From Acidimicrobiia bacterium (lineage in GTDB: Bacteria; Actinomycetota; Acidimicrobiia; Spongiisociales; UBA5794): DNA of 64,000 bases. The notes under the pieces were generated by a model, which was given only the letters and a program-made list of their open reading frames with translations, was not told the origin of the DNA and did not search any database. Positions 27,792-35,597 of the stretch are shown piece by piece. Position 1 is the first letter of the stretch, and each line of letters starts with the position of its first letter. The position numbers were made by a program, and so were the translations under genes. Location: the NCBI GenBank assembly GCA_003235475.1, contig QJWC01000079.1, positions 15,335 to 79,334 on the forward strand, given 5' to 3'.

Positions 27792-28820
27792 TCACATCGA
27801 CTCGGCCCGCAGGCGAAGCTGGCCGCACGCCGCATCGATCTCCTGTCCGCGCGTGTCGCGGAGGGTCACGTTCGCACCCTCGCGGCTCAGCGTGCCGATG
27901 AACCTGCGGATCGTGTCGTGGTCCGGCGCGGTGTCCGTGCTCAGCGGTGTGGGGTTCAGCGCGATGACGTTGACGTGGGCGTGAATCTGACGTGCGATCC
28001 GTGCGAGGCCGACCGCCTCCTCGTCGGAGTCGTTCTCCCCGGCGATCAGGGTCCATTCGAGGCTGATTCGCCGCCCCTTCGCTTCGTAGTACTCCCTTGC
28101 AGCATCGACCACCATGTCGATCGGGTAGCGATCATTGAGCGGGACGAGCAACGACCTTTCCGCGGGGATCGTCGAATGGAGGCTCACGGCGAGGCTGAGC
28201 GGCCAGGGCTCTTCGGCGAGCTTCTTCATCCCGGGCACGAAACCCACCGTCGAAACCGTGATCGAGCGTGCTGACATGCCCATGGTTTCGACCATCCTCC
28301 GAATTGCCTCGATGGTGTGGCGGTAGTTGGCGAGGGGTTCGCCCATCCCCATGAAGACGACGTTCGTGACCCGGTCAGGGGAATGTTCGATGGGCGACGC
28401 CGCGAGGTATGCGTTCGCGTACGCGACCTGGGCCGCGATCTCGCCCGCATCGAGATGTCGGTCGAATCCGAACTGTCCGGTGGCGCAGAAGGTGCAGCCC
28501 ATCGCGCACCCGACCTGCGACGAGACGCACAACGTGGTCCGGTTCTTGTACCCCATGAGCACGGTCTCGATGGGTGCCCCGTCCGGGCAGCGGAAGAGCC
28601 ACTTCACCGTGTCGCGCGACGCCGTCGACTGCTCGAGCTCCACGACGAAGGGCCAATGCTGATCAGCGAGCTTCGCCCGCACATCCGTTGGAAGGTTTGT
28701 CATCGCATCGGTGGACAGCACCGGATGCACGTACGCCCACTCCCTCAGCTGGTTCGTTCGAAACGAGGGTTCGCCCTCGAGGAGTTCCCCGAGTCGCTCA
28801 GGCTCGGTGAGGTACACCAC
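27792..28820 (-). CDS. rlmN: 23S rRNA/tRNA (adenine-C2)-methyltransferase, radical SAM
   Basis: CVSSQVGCAMGCTFCATG (CxxxCxxC) plus GMGEPLANY and a conserved C-terminal Cys (IDAACGQL). GTG start at 28820 or 28817, 1 nt after the stop of the upstream small gene. The ATG at 28943 would add a Pro/Arg/Ser-rich head overlapping that gene. Confidence 0.9.
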   Translation of the reverse strand: MVYLTEPERLGELLEGEPSFRTNQLREWAYVHPVLSTDAMTNLPTDVRAKLADQHWPFVVELEQSTASRDTVKWLFRCPDGAPIETVLMGYKNRTTLCVSSQVGCAMGCTFCATGQFGFDRHLDAGEIAAQVAYANAYLAASPIEHSPDRVTNVVFMGMGEPLANYRHTIEAIRRMVETMGMSARSITVSTVGFVPGMKKLAEEPWPLSLAVSLHSTIPAERSLLVPLNDRYPIDMVVDAAREYYEAKGRRISLEWTLIAGENDSDEEAVGLARIARQIHAHVNVIALNPTPLSTDTAPDHDTIRRFIGTLSREGANVTLRDTRGQEIDAACGQLRLRAESM

Positions 28821-28821
28821 G

Positions 28822-29154
28822 TCAGCGGACGGAAGCGGCTTCAGCGACCCAGCGCTCGACCGTGGCGACCGACGAACCGACGGCTTCGGCGAGTGCCTCG
28901 GCGTCTGCTTCCGCGAGTTGGGTGGCCGTCGTGATCCCAGCATCGCCGAGCTTCTTCGCGGTTGCGGGGCCGATGCCCTTGATCTCGGTGAGATCGGAGT
29001 CGGTGGTATCGGCAGGCGGCTTGCGGAACGGTGGTGGCGGTTCGTTGTGGATCTCGGGTGATGGGAGCATTCGTGCGCGCATTGCCCACGCCGCAGCCCC
29101 GATTCCCGCGACGACGCCGACGAGTTGAAACAGCTTCTTGGTCGTTCGGTGCAT
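28822..29154 (-). CDS. Small membrane-anchored helix-hairpin-helix protein
   Basis: 110 aa. N-terminal TM KKLFQLVGVVAGIGAAAWAM, a Pro-rich linker, then LTEIKGIGPATAKKLGDAGITTATQLAEADAEAL, which is an HhH motif (GIG). Confidence 0.7.
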   Translation of the reverse strand: MHRTTKKLFQLVGVVAGIGAAAWAMRARMLPSPEIHNEPPPPFRKPPADTTDSDLTEIKGIGPATAKKLGDAGITTATQLAEADAEALAEAVGSSVATVERWVAEAASVR

Positions 29155-29196
29155 CTGGTGCGAGTCTACGAGTGGGACGCGCTAGCGAGGGGTTGC

Positions 29197-30315
29197 TCAG
29201 GAGGGATCGTCGCTCTGGCACGATCCGTACTTCGCCGAGTCCGGGTAGGTGCCAGCCGAAGTCTTCCATGGTCGCCACCACTTGTAGCCGTTGGCCTCGC
29301 TGCCCGCCGCGAGATACGCGCCTGCGGCGATGTTCGCTTCTCCGTTGTACGGCGTCGCGACGAGGCCGTCGCCGTCGATGAACCCTGCACCCTTTGCGCG
29401 CCCGTACCAGTACTTGCGGAGGTGCTGCATGAGGCCCTCGGCCCAGCTGCCCGAGTTGTACGCCCTCGGGTCACCCTTCGACTCGCGCTTGATGATGCCG
29501 AGTGCACAGTCGACCCGCTGCGCGGGCCAGTGCTTCGCAACGAGGTCGCGCCAGTATTCGACGTCACGCGCGCCCCCGGCATCCGCGGGCCAAAGCGGGG
29601 ACCAGGTGGTTCCAGCAGTCGTGGTGGTCGCCGACGTCGTCGTGGTCACGGAACCCGAAGTGGTCGTCGTCACCGGCTCGTAGTGGACCACGATTCTCTC
29701 CGTGTTCGAGTTTCCAGCGGCGTCGGTCGCGGTGAAGACGGCCCCGTTCGGACCCTCCGTGAGCACGAGCTTGATCGACCAGTTCCCGTCGCTGTCCACC
29801 GAGGCCGCATACGGCCCCGAAGCCACACGCGCACCGCGTTCCGTGGTGCCGGTGAACGTCACCAAGCTCTCCGAGACGGTTGAACCATCCTTCGGGGACG
29901 TCACCGTGATCGGCGGCGGTGTCGTGTCCCCGGCCTCCGTCGTTGTCGTCGCCCGCGTGGTGGTGGTTGTCGCCTCCGTCGTTGTCGTCGTCTCTGCCGT
30001 CGTGGTGGTCTCCTCCGAGGTCGGCGGTGCGGACGTGGAGGTGTTGTCGACGGGGGGAGCGGCAGCGACGGTGCCCTCGGTCGTGGTCGACGAGGCAGTC
30101 GTCGCTGTACGGCTTTCGGCATCGGAGACGCGCAGGGCAAGCACTGCCGAGGCCACACGTGCCGAGGCGATGGTGACCGGTGCGGCCGCTTCGGGTTGGT
30201 CGAGGACGGCAGGCTCGGGCGACTTCGAACTCGGTGAGAACGCGGCGAAGCCAATCACCGCAACGAAGGCAACGATCAGGAGGCCTGCATATGCGAGCGG
30301 TATTCGTGGTCTCAC
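29197..30315 (-). CDS. Membrane-anchored lytic transglycosylase (SLT-like) with Ig-like domain and Thr-rich linkers
   Basis: N-terminal TM LAYAGLLIVAFVAVIGFAAF. Thr-rich linkers. Ig-like module PPPITVTSPKDGSTVSESLVTFTGTTERGARV...DGNWSIKLVLTEGPNGAVFTATDAAGNS. C-terminal IIKRESKGDPRAYNS...AEGLMQH...Y carries the catalytic Glu-Ser and GLMQ motifs of family-1 SLT. Confidence 0.82.
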   Translation of the reverse strand: MRPRIPLAYAGLLIVAFVAVIGFAAFSPSSKSPEPAVLDQPEAAAPVTIASARVASAVLALRVSDAESRTATTASSTTTEGTVAAAPPVDNTSTSAPPTSEETTTTAETTTTTEATTTTTRATTTTEAGDTTPPPITVTSPKDGSTVSESLVTFTGTTERGARVASGPYAASVDSDGNWSIKLVLTEGPNGAVFTATDAAGNSNTERIVVHYEPVTTTTSGSVTTTTSATTTTAGTTWSPLWPADAGGARDVEYWRDLVAKHWPAQRVDCALGIIKRESKGDPRAYNSGSWAEGLMQHLRKYWYGRAKGAGFIDGDGLVATPYNGEANIAAGAYLAAGSEANGYKWWRPWKTSAGTYPDSAKYGSCQSDDPS

Positions 30316-30482
30316 GTTTCTCCGCTATTGCTCGCGTACAAGTCGACACGCCCAGCGTCGCCAATCGACGGTGGCTCGACTCCGCCAGTGCGCGCAGGAG
30401 TCCGCGTGTTCGGGCGTCAGGGTATAGCGGGGACCCCGGTAGAGCAACCCGTCGTTGCCAGATTCTGGGAGATCCGAAGCCA

Positions 30483-31439
30483 ATGCCGCTCGGCACGGTG
30501 TACGGGCATCGGCGGTACCTTTCGCCCGTGAAATCCTTTGCCTTGTCGCTTGCGGCCGTTGGTATCGCGGCGTCCGTCGCACTCGCGGGGTCGCCCTCGC
30601 GCGCCGCGGTGCCGTCGTGCGCCGAGCGATTCCCCGAGGCGACGTGGAGAACTGAGTCGGTAGGCCCCATCTCGATCGAGTCGTCGGCCCTCACGCAAGC
30701 GCTCGCTGATCGCTTCGTGGGGGAGATCGATTTGGCGGCGGGGTGGATCCTCGACGAGATAGGGCCGTTCGAGGTGACGGTGTGTCTCGTCGGTGTCGAG
30801 TCGACCTTCGATAGGACGCGGTGGGTGAGCGGATCGCAGCGCTTCCACGCCTACATGGACATGGATTCACGCCTGTTCGCAGTCAACACGGATCGGACGG
30901 GCTTCGTGGGGCCCGCGTCTGCATGGGCCCTCGCCCACCACGCCCTCTGGCAGCACGGCGTGGAGGGAGGAAACCCGGAACCGATCTCATCTGTCATCGC
31001 GCACTGGTATCGCGCCAGGCTGCTCGACAGGCTCGATCTGTATCACGTTGATGTGATGGTCGACAACTTCTTCGACACGGAAGCCGTCATCAGCTGGACG
31101 GCGGACAGGCAGACCCCGACACTCGAGTGGGATCCCGAGACGAATTTCACGGCGATCGGAGACTTCATCGATTTCGCCGTTGCGCAGCACGGCACCGAGG
31201 TCCTGCTGGAGTCTGATCCCCGTCGCTGGTCAGACATAGAGGCCGAGTGGCGGGTGGCGCTGCGAGCCGATCTGACAGGGCGCACGACCCCGACGACCGG
31301 ATGGATCGCCGGCGTGTCAATCGCTCTCGCGATCGTGCTGGTCGCACTCGTCGCCGCGGCGGCTGGCATCTACTCGAAGCGGCGGCGCCGACGGAGGCCC
31401 CCGACCGGGGAAGCCATCCCGGGGTTCTTCTCGGAGTAG
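30483..31439 (+). CDS. Hypothetical exported protein with C-terminal TM anchor
   Basis: Start at the internal ATG MPLGTVYGHRRYLSPVKSFALSLAAVGIAASVALAGSPSRA (signal-like). C-terminal TM WIAGVSIALAIVLVALVAAAAGIY is followed by KRRRRRRPP. No motif recognised. The longer 419-aa ORF overlaps the divergent SLT gene. Confidence 0.65.
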   Translation: MPLGTVYGHRRYLSPVKSFALSLAAVGIAASVALAGSPSRAAVPSCAERFPEATWRTESVGPISIESSALTQALADRFVGEIDLAAGWILDEIGPFEVTVCLVGVESTFDRTRWVSGSQRFHAYMDMDSRLFAVNTDRTGFVGPASAWALAHHALWQHGVEGGNPEPISSVIAHWYRARLLDRLDLYHVDVMVDNFFDTEAVISWTADRQTPTLEWDPETNFTAIGDFIDFAVAQHGTEVLLESDPRRWSDIEAEWRVALRADLTGRTTPTTGWIAGVSIALAIVLVALVAAAAGIYSKRRRRRRPPTGEAIPGFFSE

Positions 31440-31442
31440 CGC

Positions 31443-33035
31443 CTACGTCGTCAGCGCCGCGCTCGTCGAAACGCGCGGATCGGCGGCTGCTTTGTGATCC
31501 CTTCCGACGTCGATCGCCGAGATCGGACCCCACCCGGGTTCGTGGCTGGATGCTGTGTCGACGTCATGCCCACGTCGTGTGAGACCGTCGATGACGACGG
31601 CGGCCACACGGTTTTCGAACGCAACCGAACTGTCGGTGCCCGGTTCTGGCTGCGCCATGTTCCATCGTGGTTGCGCCTGGGCGTCGTCCACGCAGAGACC
31701 GGCGTGGTAGTGATGCGCGGCGAATTGCGCGAGGAATTGGGGTTGCTGATCCCCGCCCCTTGTCCCGAGAAGCATGTCGAGATCACCACCTGCAGTCCAG
31801 AGGGATGGCGACAGCGTGTGGAGCGGACGGAGTCCCGGTGCGTACTCGCCCGGGTGTCCGGGTATCAGATTGAATCCTGCGCCCCTGTTGTGCAGCCAGA
31901 CGCCGGTGGCACCTGCGGAGAGCCCCGATCCGATCCCTGCGTAATTCGACTGGATCAATGAGACGCCGAGGCCACTCGAGTCGGCCGCAGTCATGAACGC
32001 CGTGCCACCCGGCTGCCGCGGTGGGTGTGGCCACCGTGTGGTTGTGTCCGGGCTGATGTCTGTCGCACGACTTCGGAGGCGGTCGATGTCGACGAGCCCG
32101 GCTGGCGGAAGGGGTGCCCGTGACGGATCCATCACCGTATCGGTCCTCTCCCAGGCAACGGAACGGTACGCCTCGATGAGGAGGTGATGGTAGAGGGGGT
32201 CATTCGGGTCTTCCGGTGGTTCGAGGACCTCGAACACGGCGAGCGTCGCAAGCGTGAGGTAGCCCTGGCTGTTGGGTGGGATCGTCCACCCTGTGACGCC
32301 GAAGACTTCGAGGCCTAGCGCGTCGACGCTTTCGGCCTGGACCACGGCGAGGTCCGCAATTGTGAGGGCGCCATTCGATGCCTCGACCGTCCCCGGGCCT
32401 ATCCGGTCGAAGAACGCCTCTCGGCCGCCTTCCGCGATCGCCCTCAACGTGGCTGCATGCGCGGGCCGCTTGAGCGTGGCGCCTGGTGCCGGGTGCGCTC
32501 CGTCGGGGTACAACTCGTGAGCGGACTCCTGCCCTCGAAGCAGGTCTTCGCCCCGCATCAGCGAGTGCGAGAGTTCGACCGACACCGGGAACCCATGGGT
32601 CGCAAGTTCGATGGCAGGCTCGAGGACCATGTCGAGTGAGAGCCTGCCGTGGTCACCGATCAACGCTTCCCACCCGTCAACGGCGCCGGGCACCGTGATC
32701 GACCACGGCGATCGGTATGGAATCTCGCCGAGTCCCAGGTCTCGAAGCTGGTCAGCCGTGACGCCGGAACCGGCTCGACCGGACGAGTTGACAGCGATCG
32801 GCACGTCCATGGCAGGGCCGTGGATGAGTGCGAACAGGTCGCCGCCGGGCCCGCAGGTATCAGGAAGCACGACGCCCAGTACGGCGTTCGTTGCCACCGC
32901 CGCGTCAACGGCGTTCCCACCCCGACGCAACATGTCGATGCCTGCTTCGGATGCGAGATGGTGCGGCGAGACCACCGCGTCGAAAGAGCCGTCGAATGTG
33001 GGGGAGGTGAGCTGCGCTTGGGGCGGCCGCGTCAT
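31443..33035 (-). CDS. ggt: Gamma-glutamyltransferase family protein
   Basis: 530 aa. N-terminal VVSPHHLASEAGIDMLRRGGNAVDAAVATNAVLGVV...GGDLF and the autoprocessing region GGTAFMTAADSSG are typical of GGT/cephalosporin acylase-like Ntn hydrolases. Confidence 0.88.
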   Translation of the reverse strand: MTRPPQAQLTSPTFDGSFDAVVSPHHLASEAGIDMLRRGGNAVDAAVATNAVLGVVLPDTCGPGGDLFALIHGPAMDVPIAVNSSGRAGSGVTADQLRDLGLGEIPYRSPWSITVPGAVDGWEALIGDHGRLSLDMVLEPAIELATHGFPVSVELSHSLMRGEDLLRGQESAHELYPDGAHPAPGATLKRPAHAATLRAIAEGGREAFFDRIGPGTVEASNGALTIADLAVVQAESVDALGLEVFGVTGWTIPPNSQGYLTLATLAVFEVLEPPEDPNDPLYHHLLIEAYRSVAWERTDTVMDPSRAPLPPAGLVDIDRLRSRATDISPDTTTRWPHPPRQPGGTAFMTAADSSGLGVSLIQSNYAGIGSGLSAGATGVWLHNRGAGFNLIPGHPGEYAPGLRPLHTLSPSLWTAGGDLDMLLGTRGGDQQPQFLAQFAAHHYHAGLCVDDAQAQPRWNMAQPEPGTDSSVAFENRVAAVVIDGLTRRGHDVDTASSHEPGWGPISAIDVGRDHKAAADPRVSTSAALTT

Positions 33036-33664
33036 TCAGCGAGGTTTGCGATCCGCCGGTTCAGTGCAGACAGGACGGCCTTGACGGCAGCGTCGTCCCT
33101 GCTTTCACCGACGATCGCCGCGCCCACGTTGAGATTCTCACCGCCGGTTCCGGTCGCGGTCGCCACGACGGCGTTGACCACTTCCCGGCTTCCCGCTGCC
33201 GAAACGGCGATCGCATCGAGAGCGATCGGGGGCATCGCGCTGAACGTCTGCTCGATGGCGTCGATGGTCGCTTCGCCGATCAGACGAAGTCGTGCAGACG
33301 AAACGGGTGGGCCCGTGGCCGTTCCCACGAACTCGGCGCTCTGGTAGCGAAGCGTGACCTCCATCGTGGTGCGGGTGCCGTTCGGCGACTCCGAGATGCG
33401 TGTCAGCGCTGCACGCGCCGCTGACACGATGTCGAGGTCCTGCGGAGAAATCTGAACGACGGAGATGACGCGTCGGTCGATCGACATGCCGAATCGGGCC
33501 ATCGCGAGGCTCTGGACGTCCCTGACCACCTGCTTTGCCGGTTTTTCGGCCGCCGCGATGACGTGTACCTCCGTGATGGTGGATCCCTGGTTCACGACGC
33601 GTGCGGCATCGACCGAATCGAGGCGCGAGAGGCCCTCCTCGAGCTCCCTGAAGTTGACTGGCAT
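33032..33664 (-). CDS. Hypothetical cytoplasmic protein (210 aa), first gene of a two-gene unit with ggt
   Basis: Internal ATG MPVNFRELEEGLSRLDSVDAARVV.... Good coding composition versus the Ser/Arg/Pro-rich 278 upstream codons of the track ORF. ATGA overlap with the ggt start. No family recognised by eye. Confidence 0.65.
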   Translation of the reverse strand: MPVNFRELEEGLSRLDSVDAARVVNQGSTITEVHVIAAAEKPAKQVVRDVQSLAMARFGMSIDRRVISVVQISPQDLDIVSAARAALTRISESPNGTRTTMEVTLRYQSAEFVGTATGPPVSSARLRLIGEATIDAIEQTFSAMPPIALDAIAVSAAGSREVVNAVVATATGTGGENLNVGAAIVGESRDDAAVKAVLSALNRRIANLAE

Positions 33665-34046
33665 GACACGGAGCGTAGCCGCCCGACCCCACCGGTGGTG
33701 GATTCTCACCCGGGGTCCGCGATCCTCAAGGGGTCCGAATAAGGCGCCGATCAACTGGGTGTGCCTTGCGTCACCCGGTGTTCCACGATATCTTGGGAGT
33801 CGGCTGTTGCTGGCAGTCAGGATCCCTGGGCGGGGTCCGGTCGGATCGCGTGTCGCGCGGCCCGGCGTTCGGTTGGGGAGGCACGAACAACCGAACGATT
33901 GAACGATTTGCTCGAAGGCAATCCCTTCTGGGCATGGAGGTGGTGGAACCCGGGAGCGCTCAAAACAATCACTCCAGCGGAGCGGAACAGTTCCCTGAGT
34001 CGGCGAAGTGATGCTGGCGATGAGGAAGCAAACCTGGAGAGATACC

Positions 34047-34136
34047 GTGAAGAGCCGTGTTGTGAAGCTCGTACTGACCCTCGGAGCATTGGCCACAGCC
34101 CTACTGGCTGGAGCCGCGTCACTCAGAGTCGGATAG
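34047..34136 (+). CDS. Candidate 29-codon sORF encoding a signal-peptide-like or single-TM micropeptide
   Basis: GTG at 34047 is preceded by GGAGAG at about 5-nt spacing. It encodes (M)KSRVVKLVLTLGALATALLAGAASLRVG then TAG, ending 51 nt upstream of the HD-GYP gene. It is below the ORF-track length cut-off and is supported only by the SD and peptide character. Confidence 0.25.
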   Translation: MKSRVVKLVLTLGALATALLAGAASLRVG

Positions 34137-34187
34137 AGAGCCCCGGGTCCACACCTCCGAAATTCGTTCCCGAGCATTAGGGACCGC

Positions 34188-35597
34188 ATGTTCCCCAACG
34201 AGCTTGCGAGACAGCAACGGGCCAAGGTACGCCTCGCGATCACCTTCGCGAGCGCCGGTGCCGTGGTACTCGGAGCCCTCGCCGTCTTCCAGGAGTTCCC
34301 GGAGCCACCGTGGCTATGGGGCCTGTTCGCGGTTTCGTTCGTCTTTTTCGAGTGGAACACCGTCGAGGTGAACGACAAGCTCTTCGCGAGCCCTTCGATC
34401 ATGGTCGTGATGACAGCAGCAGTGGCGTTCGGGCCAATGTCTGCGGTCCTTGGCACGTGCGCGATGGCAGCGGTGGCTCTTTTCACACCCGAGGACATTC
34501 GCCAGCGGCGGTGGTTCCAGCCCGCCGTGAACTTCGGTCAGCTCATCCTCACCGCGGCGGCCAGCGTGGTCGTCCTTGCCTTGATTCTCCGGGCCGGATC
34601 GTCGTCCGGCGAAGCCAACCTCGCCGTCACCGCGTTCGCATCCGGCCTCGCCGCGATGATCTACGGGGCCGTCAATTACTGGCTCGTGCTCTTCATCGTT
34701 CGGTCCGTGTACGGGCACCGCGAGGCGCGGCCTTGGTCGCACATGACGTCGATCCTGCTTCCACTGACGGGCATGGGATTTCTCGGCGGTCTTCTCGGAG
34801 CGACGTACCTCCTCGTGGGTGCTGCCTCGTTGCCGCTGATCGCGATCGTCTTCTTCACGGGCTACATGGCTTTCGAGTCGTACGCGAAGCTGCGAGAGGC
34901 CCAGCTGTCCACGCTGGCCGGGTTCATCAAGGCGCTTGAAGCCAAGGACCTCTACACGCGCGGCCACACGGAGCGGGTTGCCTACTTCGCCAACATGATC
35001 GGCCAGGCGATGGGGTACAACGGGACGCAGCTCGAGAAGCTCCGGTGGGCGGCGCTCATCCACGACGTCGGAAAGCTCGCCGTCCCGAGGACCGTCATCC
35101 GCAAGAAGGCGCGCCTCACCGACGACGAATACGAAGAGATGCAGGCCCACGTGCACCACGTGGAGGACCTCCTGAGCGAGGTCGACTTCCTCAGGCCAAT
35201 GGTCGAGGTCGCGTCGAACCACCACGCCCACTTCGATGGCAACGGCTATCACGGGTCGACCGGAGAACTCGGTGAGATCCCGTCGCTCGATGCCCGCATC
35301 CTCGCGGTGGCTGACTCCTTCGATGCGATGACATCCACGAGGTCGTATCGCGTGGCGTTGAGCCAGGGATACGCGTTCAGCGAACTTCGCAAGCATGCCG
35401 GTACGCAGTTCGACCCGAATGTCGTAGAGGTGTTCGTCTCGGTCCTCACGGCCTCCGGCGAGCGATATGGATCGCCGGAGGAGCTCACCGACGACGAAGC
35501 AAGGCGGAGGGCGGAGCACGGTATCGGCCACTCCCACGCCGCCACCGAATCACCGCACATGGACACCAACCGCGGATCGGGGGCTGGCCGTGGCTGA
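34188..35597 (+). CDS. Multi-TM HD-GYP-type phosphohydrolase (GYH variant)
   Basis: 469 aa. The N-terminal ~230 aa has 6-7 hydrophobic helices. The C-terminal domain carries GHTERVAYF, LIHDVGKLAV, SNHHAHFDGNGYHGS and VADSFDAMTSTRSYR, i.e. the HD-GYP motif order. Confidence 0.85.
   Translation: MFPNELARQQRAKVRLAITFASAGAVVLGALAVFQEFPEPPWLWGLFAVSFVFFEWNTVEVNDKLFASPSIMVVMTAAVAFGPMSAVLGTCAMAAVALFTPEDIRQRRWFQPAVNFGQLILTAAASVVVLALILRAGSSSGEANLAVTAFASGLAAMIYGAVNYWLVLFIVRSVYGHREARPWSHMTSILLPLTGMGFLGGLLGATYLLVGAASLPLIAIVFFTGYMAFESYAKLREAQLSTLAGFIKALEAKDLYTRGHTERVAYFANMIGQAMGYNGTQLEKLRWAALIHDVGKLAVPRTVIRKKARLTDDEYEEMQAHVHHVEDLLSEVDFLRPMVEVASNHHAHFDGNGYHGSTGELGEIPSLDARILAVADSFDAMTSTRSYRVALSQGYAFSELRKHAGTQFDPNVVEVFVSVLTASGERYGSPEELTDDEARRRAEHGIGHSHAATESPHMDTNRGSGAGRG

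Noticed and set aside
29900-30060. Repetitive ACC/ACG/GTC-rich DNA (also at 16200-16350 and 50640-50830) considered as a possible CRISPR-like or satellite array
   Set aside because: The repeats are in frame inside exported-protein genes and encode Thr/Pro/Glu linkers. There is no repeat-spacer architecture and there are no cas genes.
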